From: Arenicellales bacterium
GTDB taxonomy: Bacteria > Pseudomonadota > Gammaproteobacteria > Arenicellales > JAJDZL01
Assembly: GCA_958295885.1 (NCBI GenBank)
Contig: OY282380.1
Coordinates: forward strand, 3,711,070-3,775,069
Reading direction: 5' to 3'
DNA length: 64,000 nt
The notes under the pieces are model-generated. The model ran no database searches and had not been told where the DNA came from. It was given only the letters and a program-made list of their open reading frames with translations. The position numbers were made by a program, and so were the translations under genes. Numbering within the stretch: position 1 is the stretch's first letter; each line of letters opens with the position of its first letter. This document shows positions 38,143 through 48,300 of this stretch, one piece after another.

Positions 38143-39324
38143 TTAACTTCGAAACGACTGGCGCACCAGCATCGAGATGATCCATAGCAGCAATACGACT
38201 CCCAAAAATAAAAATACGCTGCTTGGTTCTGAGTAACTGTATACGATTCCGCCAAACACCCCTCCAAAAAAAGCTCCTGCAAAAGTACTTGTGCTAAACA
38301 TGCCCATCGCGGTGCCTCGCTGACCTTCTGGAGCATTTTCAATCGTAATCGACGGAAGCATCGCTTCCAAAACGTTGAATCCTACAAAATACAGCCACAA
38401 GCCAAATACCAATAACGGAAAAGACAAGCTGCTTGCTCCGAAAAATAAGATACACTGAGAAATCACTAGTAATGAAGCTGCCAGTATGGTAACTGAATTA
38501 CGATGTTTCGCATTGGAACTGATGCGAATCAGTGGCAGCATCGCAACAAATGAAAGTAGCAGCACCGGAACAAAAACTTTCCACGTCGTTGAAGCATCCA
38601 AATCAGACGCTTCAATCAGCGTCAGCGGATAGGCTAAGAAAATGGCTGTCATTACGGCGTGAATGGTGAAAGTTCCTGACGACAGAAGAATCAGGTTCTT
38701 GTTTCTAAATACTCTTTTGAAGCCGGCCAGCGTATAACGGTCGGCACGGCGAATCTGATGAGTGGGCTCATCATCGACAACTGTCCAAACCAATAGCAGG
38801 CCGATTGCGGCCATGGCGAATGAAATCCAAAATAATCCGCGGATGCCAAGCCACTGCACCAGCACTGGTCCAAGCATGAGAGCCAGCGTGAATGCGCTGC
38901 CAATCGAAGCTCCTAAAATCGCCATCGCCTTCGGGCGTTGGCTTTCTTTAGTAAGGTCTCCAATAAAAGCAAGCACGACTGCAGCGATGGCTCCTCCGCC
39001 CTGCAGCGCGCGTCCGAGAACGATTCCGTAAATCGAATCCGCTTCAGCTGCAACGACACTGCCCGCTGCAAAGATGATCAGACCAAGAGTTAAAATTCGT
39101 TTGCGACCCCAGGTGTCCGATGCTACGCCGAAGGGAATTTGAAAAATCGCCTGACTCAATCCATAAATGCCGAGTGCCAATCCAATTAGGTACGGTGTGG
39201 AATGAGCCAGCTCGCCAGCGTGCAGCGCGAGCACCGGCACGACCAGGAACAGCCCAACCATGCGAAGTGCGACCACTCCGGATAATCCCAGAACAGATTT
39301 CCTTTCAGAAGGAGTAAATTTCAT
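38143..39324 (-). CDS. MFS transporter
   Basis: 393 aa with about 12 predicted transmembrane segments and the MFS loop motif SDTWGRKRIL. An MFS gene also lies between ssb and uvrA in Pseudomonas. Confidence 0.9.
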   Translation of the reverse strand: MKFTPSERKSVLGLSGVVALRMVGLFLVVPVLALHAGELAHSTPYLIGLALGIYGLSQAIFQIPFGVASDTWGRKRILTLGLIIFAAGSVVAAEADSIYGIVLGRALQGGGAIAAVVLAFIGDLTKESQRPKAMAILGASIGSAFTLALMLGPVLVQWLGIRGLFWISFAMAAIGLLLVWTVVDDEPTHQIRRADRYTLAGFKRVFRNKNLILLSSGTFTIHAVMTAIFLAYPLTLIEASDLDASTTWKVFVPVLLLSFVAMLPLIRISSNAKHRNSVTILAASLLVISQCILFFGASSLSFPLLVFGLWLYFVGFNVLEAMLPSITIENAPEGQRGTAMGMFSTSTFAGAFFGGVFGGIVYSYSEPSSVFLFLGVVLLLWIISMLVRQSFRS

Positions 39325-39687
39325 TTCGGACGAGTTGCCGTGAGTTTCAAACTTCGATTGGACGTAAAAAGTAAAATATTCAGCAAATTCTCTGTCTAAG
39401 CAAAAAGTAAAACAGACAAATTGTGTTTAACAAAGGGTTCTTCGAATTCATACATGGATGGAAAAATTTTCTCATTCTGACTTTTGATGAAATTGAATTC
39501 CCAGTTCATGATGTGTTGGTGAGATAAACTGACGGATATTATCGAATCTTAATCATCATCTATTACTTTATTTTTTATCAATCATGCATCATTCCAAATC
39601 CGCACTGTCTGCATGCAGCCAACATATGGAACGAATCGGATCAGCGTTACGGTCGTTGAAGTCAGTTCCAACTAAAACATTCTGCAC

Positions 39688-42567
39688 GTGCAATTAGAAA
39701 AAATTATTGTTCGCGGCGCTCGAACTCACAATCTCAAAAACATCACGGTCGAGCTGCCTCGAAACGAAATTACTGTGATCACGGGGCTTTCAGGTTCTGG
39801 AAAGTCCTCACTCGCCTACGACACCATATATGCGGAAGGTCAGCGAAGGTACGTTGAGTCGCTTTCCGCCTATGCCCGGCAGTTTCTGTCTCTTATGGAA
39901 AAACCTGATGTAGATTCGATAGAAGGACTGTCGCCCGCAATCAGCATCCACCAAAAAGGAACTCGTTTCAGCCCCCGTTCGACCGTCGGGACCGTGACTG
40001 AAATTTATGATTATCTGCGTCTCCTATATGCTCGTGTTGGAGAACCTCGATGCCCGGAACACCAAGTCGCATTGAATGCAAAACCGATTGCGGAAATCGT
40101 TGACCTCATTCTATCGCAGCCGGAAGGAACAAGGATTGCTCTGGCTTCTCCTGTAGTGCGTGACCGAAAGGGAGAGCACGAAACTCTTATTGCACAATTG
40201 AAAAAGCAGGGTTTTGTCCGGCTCCAGATCGATGGTCAGCTGTATGAAATCGAACAGACGCCTAAACTCAATCGGAGGCTCAAACATACGATCAACGTAA
40301 TTGTCGATCGGCTTGTCGTGTCTCTTCGAGCCCGGCAGCGACTCGCTGAATCCGTGGAAACCGCAGTTCAGCTGTCGAATGGTTCAGTGCTTTGCTTTGA
40401 AGTGAATGCTGAAGGGAAGTTGAATTCTTCAGGCACGATGTTCAGCAACCGATTTGGATGCCCTTTCTGCGGCTACGTTCTGGACGAATTGGAACCGCGA
40501 ATTTTTTCTTTCAACAATCCTCAAGGGGCTTGTTCGCGCTGCAATGGTCTCGGATACATTTCAACGTTTGACAGGGAAAAGATTGTCGTAGATTCCTCTT
40601 TAAGCATTGCTTCAGGTGCGCTTGAGACGTGGAACAGTCAGCATGGGTATTACTACAGCATGCTCAAGTCGATCTCAAAACACTATAAGTTTGATCTTGA
40701 CACACCATTTGAGAAACTTCCAAAGTCATGTCAGGACATCGTCCTCTACGGCAGCGGCAATGAAAAAATATCGATGAAGTATGAGAGCTCAAACGGCAGA
40801 ATTTACCGAAATCGCAGAGCGTACGAAGGAGTGATTCCTAATTTCAAACGGCGCCTGAAGGAATCAACTTCGAACGCTGTAAAGGAAGAACTTTCTAAAT
40901 TCCTGGAAAAAACGAAATGTACTGAATGTAAGGGAAGTCGGCTCAAAGTCGGTGCGAGAAATGTTTTTGTTTCCGATCTGCCCATTTATCAGATCACTAG
41001 ACTGAACATCAACGAAATCATAGAACTGTTTGATCAAATGTGGTTCGACACAAGGCGCGCCCCCATCGCTGAGCGAATCGTTCGAGACATCAAAAGCAGA
41101 CTGAAGTTTCTTGCTGATGTAGGGCTGAATTATGTAGACCTCGAAAGAACGACAAACACCCTGTCGGGCGGCGAACTGCAGAGAATTCGATTGGCTTCCC
41201 AGGTTGGCTCCGGATTGGTTGGAGTAACCTATGTATTGGATGAGCCGTCCATAGGACTGCACGACCGGGACAACAATAAGCTTCTCAATACCCTGAATCA
41301 GCTTCGCGACATAGGGAATACCCTGATCATCGTTGAACATGACGAGAAAACCATGAGAAATTCAGATTTCGTTGTGGATATGGGCCCCCGCGCTGGGTCA
41401 GACGGCGGTCGAGTCATATTTGCGGGTCACCCCGACAAAATTGAAAACTGCGCCGAATCACTAACCGGTGCCTATCTTAGCGGTCATCTGCAGATTCCCA
41501 TACCCGTCACGCGAGTGCCATTCAATCCTAGTCGGACTATTCGACTGAAAGGAGCAAGAGGGAACAATCTCAAAAATATCAGCATTGACATCCCAGTTGG
41601 GTTGTTTACTTGTGTGACTGGCGTTTCCGGATCAGGAAAATCAACCTTGATCAACGACACTTTGTACAAAGCGATTTCCAACCGACTGCACCGTTCGAAA
41701 CATACTCCTGCACCACATGATCAGATTCAGTTCCGTGAGCACATCGATAAGGTGATTCGCATCAATCAGCAGCCTATCGGTCGTACGCCCCGATCAAATC
41801 CAGCTACCTACACAAAACTTTTTGGAGATATCAGAAACCTGTTCTCTAGAACTTTGGAAGCCCGAACCCGCGGCTATAAACCAGGGCGATTTTCGTTCAA
41901 CGTTGCTGGAGGACGCTGTGAAGCCTGCAACGGTGACGGTTTGGTGCGGGTGGAAATGCATTTTTTACCAGACATGTTCGTACGCTGCAATACATGTGAC
42001 GGATCCCGTTACAACCGGGAAACACTTGAAATTCTATATAAAGGGCTGAACATATCACAGGTTCTTGATTTATCCGTAGGTGAAGCGCTGAAGTTTTTCA
42101 AGGCGGTTCCATCGATTTATCGAAAACTGAAAACTTTGCGCGATGTAGGTCTAGACTATATTCGACTCGGACAAAGTGCTGTTACGCTGTCAGGTGGGGA
42201 GGCACAGCGTGTGAAGCTGTCGCTGGAACTGTCAAAGCGAGATACCGGCAACACCCTCTATTTGTTGGATGAACCGACAACAGGCCTTCATTTTCACGAC
42301 ATCAGGCAGCTTCTTTCAGTCATTCACAAGCTGCGCGATCGAGGAAACACCGTCATCATCATTGAGCACAACCTAGATGTGATCAAGTGTTCGGACTGGA
42401 TTGTTGATTTGGGGCCTGAAGGTGGCGACGATGGTGGTTTCGTCGTTGCAGCTGGAACCCCGGAAGATGTCTGCCAAAGCAGCGAATCTTACACCGGGCG
42501 AAGTCTTTCAAAGTATTTTTCAAGGAAAATGCCACAGATTCATCAAATGAGTGGAACGAATTATTGA
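39688..42567 (+). CDS. uvrA: excinuclease ABC subunit A
   Basis: 959 aa starting VRGARTHNLKNI, with two ABC ATPase modules (GLSGSGKSS / GVSGSGKST), zinc-finger cysteines, and LSGGE signature motifs. Confidence 0.97.
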   Translation: MQLEKIIVRGARTHNLKNITVELPRNEITVITGLSGSGKSSLAYDTIYAEGQRRYVESLSAYARQFLSLMEKPDVDSIEGLSPAISIHQKGTRFSPRSTVGTVTEIYDYLRLLYARVGEPRCPEHQVALNAKPIAEIVDLILSQPEGTRIALASPVVRDRKGEHETLIAQLKKQGFVRLQIDGQLYEIEQTPKLNRRLKHTINVIVDRLVVSLRARQRLAESVETAVQLSNGSVLCFEVNAEGKLNSSGTMFSNRFGCPFCGYVLDELEPRIFSFNNPQGACSRCNGLGYISTFDREKIVVDSSLSIASGALETWNSQHGYYYSMLKSISKHYKFDLDTPFEKLPKSCQDIVLYGSGNEKISMKYESSNGRIYRNRRAYEGVIPNFKRRLKESTSNAVKEELSKFLEKTKCTECKGSRLKVGARNVFVSDLPIYQITRLNINEIIELFDQMWFDTRRAPIAERIVRDIKSRLKFLADVGLNYVDLERTTNTLSGGELQRIRLASQVGSGLVGVTYVLDEPSIGLHDRDNNKLLNTLNQLRDIGNTLIIVEHDEKTMRNSDFVVDMGPRAGSDGGRVIFAGHPDKIENCAESLTGAYLSGHLQIPIPVTRVPFNPSRTIRLKGARGNNLKNISIDIPVGLFTCVTGVSGSGKSTLINDTLYKAISNRLHRSKHTPAPHDQIQFREHIDKVIRINQQPIGRTPRSNPATYTKLFGDIRNLFSRTLEARTRGYKPGRFSFNVAGGRCEACNGDGLVRVEMHFLPDMFVRCNTCDGSRYNRETLEILYKGLNISQVLDLSVGEALKFFKAVPSIYRKLKTLRDVGLDYIRLGQSAVTLSGGEAQRVKLSLELSKRDTGNTLYLLDEPTTGLHFHDIRQLLSVIHKLRDRGNTVIIIEHNLDVIKCSDWIVDLGPEGGDDGGFVVAAGTPEDVCQSSESYTGRSLSKYFSRKMPQIHQMSGTNY

Positions 42568-42678
42568 ATCCAAATCACATGAACAAAATAAAATGACATC
42601 TAACAATATATTCCTAAGCCAAGAAGCTGGTTTTGGAGACAAAGTTATTGCTTAATTCATTTATCATAGGGACTGCAC

Positions 42679-45348
42679 ATGTCACACTCTGAAGTAACAC
42701 GAGACGTTGATCCATACGAAACTCAGGAGTGGCTGGATGCGCTTTCCAGTGTGATTGATCGAGAGGGGCACGAGAGAGCTCATTTTCTGATCGAAAAACT
42801 GATTGACAGTGCAAGACGCTCAGGCGTTCACATACCTCATCGACCGACCACAGCCTATGTCAATACCATCAGTGCTGCACAAGAGCAGAGAAGTGATGGT
42901 GACCATGCGCTCGAGTGGCGAATACGTTCTCTGATTCGATGGAATGCGCTTGCAATCGTAGTCCGAGCGAACCAGGAATCGAAGGAACTCGGAGGCCATA
43001 TTGCGAGTTTTGCTTCATCCGCCACCTTGTATGACGTAGGATTTAATCACTACTGGCATGCTCCAAGCCCAAACCATGGCGGAGATTTGATCTTCATTCA
43101 GGGACATTCGGCTCCCGGGATATATGCGCGAGCGTTTCTGGAAGGACGTTTAAACAAGAAAGATCTTGAAAATTTCCGTCGGGAAGCGGATGGAAATGGC
43201 CTGTCGTCTTATCCTCACCCGCGTCTGCTGCCAGACTTTTGGCAGTTTCCAACCGTGTCCATGGGGCTGGGTCCAATCATGTCCATCTACCAAGCGCGAT
43301 TCATGAAGTATCTTCACAATCGAGGAATCTGCGACACGTCCAACCGAAAGGTATGGTCTTTTGTTGGTGACGGTGAAATGGATGAACCAGAATCAATGGG
43401 AGCGCTGTCACTCGCTGGACGCGAACACCTTGACAACCTGATATTTGTCGTGAATTGCAATTTGCAGCGATTGGACGGTCCCGTCAGAGGCAACGGCAAA
43501 ATTATCCAGGAACTGGAAGGAGAATTTCGTGGGGCCGGGTGGAATGTCATCAAATTGATCTGGGGGTCTTATTGGGACCCTCTGCTGATGCGAGACACCA
43601 AAGGTTTGCTTCGACGTCGGATGGAAGAAGCGGTAGACGGTGAATACCAGGCTTTCAAAGCCAAAGGCGGCGCTTATACTCGGGAAAAATTCTTCGGCAA
43701 ATACGATGAGCTGAGAGCAATGGTTTCCAACATGACCGATGAAGACATCTGGCGCCTGAATCGTGGCGGGCATGATCCTCACAAGGTCTTCGCAGCATAC
43801 GCCTCCGCGGTACAGCATGTAGGCCAGCCCACAGTTATTCTAGCGAAAACAGTTAAAGGGTACGGCATGGGGGAGGCTGGAGAAGGACAGAATATCACTC
43901 ATCAGCAGAAAAAAATTGGGGAGGAATCGCTGATTTCATTTCGAGACCGTTTTCGAATTCCTCTAAGCAACGAAGAAATTGCATCTACCCCATTTTATCG
44001 ACCTCCTCAAGACAGCGCAGAAATCCAGTACATGCTGGACCGACGCACAAAACTTGGAGGCTGCCTGCCCGCACGCCGGCGCATAAGAAAGTCTCTCAAA
44101 GTTCCGGGCCTTGAAATTTTTAGCATGCAGCTCAAGGGATCTGGAAACCGAGAAATTTCAACCACTATGGGTTTTGTCAGAATTCTGACGAACCTCACGC
44201 GCAACAAGGAGATCGGTCGATTCGTCGTACCGATCGTTCCAGACGAATCCCGTACATTCGGCATGGAAGGAATGTTTCGCCAGCTCGGCATTTATTCGCC
44301 GCATGGTCAGCTATACGAACCAGAGGATGCAGACCAGCTGATGTTTTATCGGGAATCCAAGGAGGGGCAGGTTCTGCAGGAAGGCATCAACGAAGCCGGA
44401 GCCATCTGCTCGTGGATCGCAGCCGGGACAGCCGCAAGCAATCACGATGTAAATATGATTCCATTTTTTATTTTTTATTCCATGTTTGGATTTCAAAGAG
44501 TTGGGGATTTAGCATGGGCGGCCGCCGACATGAAAACGCGCGGTTTTCTAATCGGAGGTACTGCAGGCCGCACGACCCTTGCTGGCGAAGGACTCCAACA
44601 TCAGGATGGACACAGTCATATTTTGGCTTCGACCATTCCGTCGTGTGTTTCATATGATCCTGCTTATATCTATGAGCTGGCAGTGATTATTCATCATGGA
44701 TTACGCCGAATGTATTTTGAAAAAGATTCAGTTTACTTCTATGTTACTTGCATGAATGAAAACTATGTACATCCACCGATGCCCGAGAACGTGGAAGAAG
44801 GAATCATCAAGGGAATGTACCCACTTCGCCAATCCAAATACAAATTCAAACGCAGAGTTCAGCTGCTTGGCAGCGGTGCGATTTTACGTGAAGTGGAAGC
44901 TGCTGCTGAAATATTGGAGAACGAATACTCCACCAGCTGTGACATTTGGAGTGTTACGAGTTTCAATGAGCTCGCTCGAGACGGTCGATCAGTGGAACGT
45001 TGGAACCGGCTGAATCCGTTGAGAGAACAAAAAAAGAGCTATGTTGAGCGGTGTTTAGCAGATACTCCAGGGCCGGTGATCGCAGCGACTGACTACGTCC
45101 AAACTTATGCGGATCAAATTCGAGAATTCGTTCCCCGTCGTTATTCCGTACTTGGTACTGACGGGTATGGCCGATCTGATACTCGAACCAACTTGCGGGC
45201 GTTCTTTGAAGTCAATCGAAATCATATTGCTTATGCTGCTCTGAAAGCTTTGGCAGATGAGTCTCAAATAAGCATGGACGAAGTATCGAAATCTGCTCGA
45301 AAATTAGGAGTGGATTCAACAAAATCGAACCCACTAACAGCAAATTGA
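42679..45348 (+). CDS. aceE: pyruvate dehydrogenase E1 component (homodimeric type)
   Basis: 889 aa with N-terminal DVDPYETQEWLDAL, a ThDP motif (GDGEMDEPES) and LGTDGYGRSD near the C-terminus. Confidence 0.96.
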   Translation: MSHSEVTRDVDPYETQEWLDALSSVIDREGHERAHFLIEKLIDSARRSGVHIPHRPTTAYVNTISAAQEQRSDGDHALEWRIRSLIRWNALAIVVRANQESKELGGHIASFASSATLYDVGFNHYWHAPSPNHGGDLIFIQGHSAPGIYARAFLEGRLNKKDLENFRREADGNGLSSYPHPRLLPDFWQFPTVSMGLGPIMSIYQARFMKYLHNRGICDTSNRKVWSFVGDGEMDEPESMGALSLAGREHLDNLIFVVNCNLQRLDGPVRGNGKIIQELEGEFRGAGWNVIKLIWGSYWDPLLMRDTKGLLRRRMEEAVDGEYQAFKAKGGAYTREKFFGKYDELRAMVSNMTDEDIWRLNRGGHDPHKVFAAYASAVQHVGQPTVILAKTVKGYGMGEAGEGQNITHQQKKIGEESLISFRDRFRIPLSNEEIASTPFYRPPQDSAEIQYMLDRRTKLGGCLPARRRIRKSLKVPGLEIFSMQLKGSGNREISTTMGFVRILTNLTRNKEIGRFVVPIVPDESRTFGMEGMFRQLGIYSPHGQLYEPEDADQLMFYRESKEGQVLQEGINEAGAICSWIAAGTAASNHDVNMIPFFIFYSMFGFQRVGDLAWAAADMKTRGFLIGGTAGRTTLAGEGLQHQDGHSHILASTIPSCVSYDPAYIYELAVIIHHGLRRMYFEKDSVYFYVTCMNENYVHPPMPENVEEGIIKGMYPLRQSKYKFKRRVQLLGSGAILREVEAAAEILENEYSTSCDIWSVTSFNELARDGRSVERWNRLNPLREQKKSYVERCLADTPGPVIAATDYVQTYADQIREFVPRRYSVLGTDGYGRSDTRTNLRAFFEVNRNHIAYAALKALADESQISMDEVSKSARKLGVDSTKSNPLTAN

Positions 45349-45781
45349 TTTTGCAGCTTCGCAGATAGCCAACTCTTGGAAATTTTGATGAATCATCGCA
45401 GATAGATTTTAAATTCAATCACGGCGAACGTGACAGTACGATTCTTCAGAGCAATGCCAGAGCAATCGGACCATGGGTCGGTTCATATTGATAGGAATTT
45501 GGTTGAAAATGATGCAGCCTGACAAAATGGCTTGAAAACTGACATGCGCTTTACCCAAAGCCCAAACGCAGAATAAAGAATCACTAGCCAATGCTCGCTG
45601 ACAGACATTGAAGTGATTCGATGTTTCTATTCGAGGATGAAATTCTACACAGCAAGAATCAATTGAGGCGGTCAACTTTCAATTTCCTGACATCGTCAAA
45701 ATGCTGACTTTTCAATCAACCAGTTACAGACTCAGGCGAGTGTCCGAATCTGATCTGCAAATTTAAAGGTGGTGCTGAAAA

Positions 45782-47473
45782 ATGGCAAGACTGATTCCAA
45801 GAATTGACCCCGATCAAATTGACAATCGAGGAGAAAGGTATGTCGCTAAGGAGTTGCTAAATCAGCTGCCGAAAGCTGTTGATATCTACCATAGCATTGA
45901 TTGGCTCGGTCGAACTAAACATCGTTATTTCGTCCAAGGAGAATGTGATTTCACAATTGTAGACCCGAAAAGAGGAATTCTATTTCTCGAAGTCAAAGGC
46001 GGCAGTATTCATTACGATAACGCTTCAGGAGTCTGGCGACGCGTCATAGTACGCGGTCAGAAGTTCCAAAACATTAAAGATCCGTTCGCACAAGCCAAAA
46101 ACAGCATGCACCAGCTTGCGGATGTAATCAAAAATAATCTTGGGCTAAGGAGCCTGCCTTTTACCTATTCCTGTGCCGTTGCATTTCCGGATTTTGTTTT
46201 CGCCGGTCAACCACCACCCGGAATGGATAAAAATCAAATCTGGGATCATGAATCTTTCCGAGACTTAAACAAATCAGTCTCTAAAGTATTCAATATCTAT
46301 TGGCAGGGAACGAACCAGGCCTTCAAAGGGATTTCACCTGGGATGATGAGTTCAATAAACGCGGCGCTCAAGGGAAAATTTTCTATTTTCCCTGTGCTTT
46401 GCCGGGAAATTGAACGGCAGGAAGAACAACTGTATCGATGTACGGAAGACCAAAAGAAAGTTTTCTTATCTTTGCAGAAATGGAACAAATTCGCCGTAGA
46501 AGGCGGTGCGGGAACAGGCAAGACGCTGCTCGCAGTGTGGAAAGCCCAACAGTTGGCTCTGTCTGGATCCAAAACCTTACTTCTTTGCTACAATAAGGCG
46601 CTTGCCGATTGGCTGCAGAAATTTTCTTCTGAAAATCTCACGATCTGCAATTATCACAGTCTTGCTCATCGATTTTGTGATATGGCAGGCGAAGAATTCA
46701 ATCCTAAAACGTACGGGAGGAAGGGCGAATTTTGGAATTCGATCGCACCTGAAAAACTGATTGATGCGGCTGAACATATAAGTGAAGACCAAAAGTTTGA
46801 TGCAGTTGTTGTCGATGAGGGACAGGACTTCCGTGAATTGTGGTGGATGAGTCTGGAATGCGTTTATCGATGTCCACCCGACGACAGATGCTTTTATGTT
46901 TTCTTTGACCCGAACCAAAACCTTTATGTTCGAAACAATTGGAATCTTCCTGACGAACTGAAAGGGAAAGAAATAACTCTGAGAGAGAACTGTCGAAACT
47001 CAGCCCAAATCGCTGAACATTGTGCAAGTCTTGTAGGCATCTCCTTTGAGTCAAGCATCCGGCCGATGAAGAGTCTGGCGGAACTCAAGATTTACCAAGA
47101 AAAGAATGTCAGACAAGCTTTTTCCAGAGCTGGAAATATCGTTCGAAAACTCTGCGTGTCGACAGCCGGTCCACTGTCATATTCTCAAGTGGTCGTCCTC
47201 GCTCCAAAATATTCAACAATCGCCGGTGACATTTATCAGCAGTGGCCAAACGGGTTCAAGTCAGTTCCAGTAACTCAGGATCCTGAACAGTGGCAAAAGA
47301 ATCAAGGCGTTTTGATAATTACAGCACATAGTTTCAAGGGACTCGAAGCCGAAGCCGTCATTATGATTGCCAAATCTCTTCCTAGAAAAAGAAGCAATGA
47401 CCACGTTGTAAATTATGTTGGTCGTTCTCGAGCCAAACACATTCTCAGGGTTATTGAAGTCGAAGAGATTTAG
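45782..47473 (+). CDS. NERD (PD-(D/E)xK-like nuclease) domain fused to a UvrD-like superfamily-1 helicase/ATPase
   Basis: 563 aa. The NERD-like N-terminus reads GERYVAKELLNQLPKAVDIYHSIDW...GECDFTIVDPKRGILFLEVKGG. The SF1 motifs are Walker A EGGAGTGKTLLA, LLLCYNKALADWL, Walker B VVVDEGQDF, FFDPNQNLY, ITAHSFKGLEAEAVIMI and YVGRSRAKHIL. An RBS-like AAAGGTGG lies upstream of the ATG. Confidence 0.85.
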   Translation: MARLIPRIDPDQIDNRGERYVAKELLNQLPKAVDIYHSIDWLGRTKHRYFVQGECDFTIVDPKRGILFLEVKGGSIHYDNASGVWRRVIVRGQKFQNIKDPFAQAKNSMHQLADVIKNNLGLRSLPFTYSCAVAFPDFVFAGQPPPGMDKNQIWDHESFRDLNKSVSKVFNIYWQGTNQAFKGISPGMMSSINAALKGKFSIFPVLCREIERQEEQLYRCTEDQKKVFLSLQKWNKFAVEGGAGTGKTLLAVWKAQQLALSGSKTLLLCYNKALADWLQKFSSENLTICNYHSLAHRFCDMAGEEFNPKTYGRKGEFWNSIAPEKLIDAAEHISEDQKFDAVVVDEGQDFRELWWMSLECVYRCPPDDRCFYVFFDPNQNLYVRNNWNLPDELKGKEITLRENCRNSAQIAEHCASLVGISFESSIRPMKSLAELKIYQEKNVRQAFSRAGNIVRKLCVSTAGPLSYSQVVVLAPKYSTIAGDIYQQWPNGFKSVPVTQDPEQWQKNQGVLIITAHSFKGLEAEAVIMIAKSLPRKRSNDHVVNYVGRSRAKHILRVIEVEEI

Positions 47474-47800
47474 TCAGCATGTGCAGAATTTGGATAAGGA
47501 TTGGATCGCTGGTGGATTCAAACACAGCAGAACCAGCTCCTTTCTCCAACTGCCTTTGAAGTGCTGACTGCCGCTGAGTCCTGAGGTGATGAGCGAGTCG
47601 GCTGCAAGAGCGTCTGGAATGAATCGTGCACCGCCACCGCCATCATTCACGGTGCGACTGATCTGCCGTCTTCAAACTCTTTCATCCAGCTGAACTGACA
47701 ACTGCTCATCTTCAGATCAGCGTAGCCCATTTCAACGATTCCAGATGTTTCAGTCTCAACTATGTTCGTTTCCATAACTTCGTAATTTTGCTGCTTCGTA

Positions 47801-47817
47801 GTACTTTCACAGCCTCA
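47801..47817. repeat. solo end of the MITE-like family (gtactttcacagcctca)
   Basis: 16/17 identical to the right end of the 31.3-kb copy (atactttcacagcctca). No matching left TIR was recognised nearby. It abuts the IS5-like fragment. Confidence 0.55.
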
Positions 47818-47818
47818 A

Positions 47819-48107
47819 GGGGCGACTCAGCGCAGCGGCTGCAGAGCATGAAGCCCAAGACTGAATCAAGGCTGTGCGCAAGCAGCATCCAGCAGTCGAA
47901 CAAAAGATCAACTGTTTGGAGCACTGCGGATTGGATCGTGTTTTGGATCATGGCAGAGAAGGTTTCGCCCGAGCGGTGTCGTTGTCGATGCTGTCGGCCA
48001 ATCTGAAACGACTCGGCACACTGTTGCGCGACAAAGAGCGCAATTCTCTGGCGCACCGCCAACGCTTGCGCGCCGCTTATCGTATCTCCTCCCTGATTGA
48101 TGATTGA
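47819..48107 (+). pseudogene. C-terminal fragment of an IS5/IS4-superfamily DDE transposase
   Basis: The frame reads ...KAVRKQHPAVEQKINCLEHCGLDRVLDHGREGFARAVSLSMLSANLKRLGTLL... This fits the conserved C-terminal pattern R..hE..I..LK...GL.R....G..G....V.L...A.NL.RL of that transposase group. Only about 90 codons are present, preceded by an in-frame stop. The region is GC-rich. Confidence 0.6.
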
Positions 48108-48300
48108 AAATCCGGCTCCCGGAGGATCGGACGCGGGCGAAATCTACGAATTTCAGCGTTCTTTGCTGATTTCCAGTCTATTTCATCGCACCGCTTGAAT
48201 TGCTGCCGTCGCGCCCGCGGATTTTCGCCGGCTTGTGGCCAAATTGGGCGTAAAATTGGGATTTTTCTACCAGACAGCATTTAGAGTAAGCGAGGGGAGC

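Noticed and set aside
36278-39687. A search for LexA (SOS) boxes CTGT-N8-ACAG in front of ssb and uvrA
   Set aside because: Only imperfect candidates were found: CTGTATTGATCAGCTG at about 36320 and CTGT-N16-ACAG at about 39390. Neither fits the gammaproteobacterial consensus, so no SOS box is reported.
45357-45403. The local direct repeat tcgcagatag (45359-45368 and 45396-45405) just after aceE
   Set aside because: A 10-nt repeat at this spacing is within chance expectation. It is mentioned only in connection with the possible island flank motif.
47474-47775. A convergent minus-strand reading frame abutting the NERD-helicase stop. It consists of 42 aa (METNIVETETSGIVEMGYADLKMSSCQFSWMKEFEDGRSVAP) plus a 58-aa continuation in another frame
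   Set aside because: It would need a frameshift to be one ~100-aa protein. I recognised no family and both pieces are below the 60-aa track threshold. It could be a dead partner gene of the helicase, but the sequence alone does not support that.
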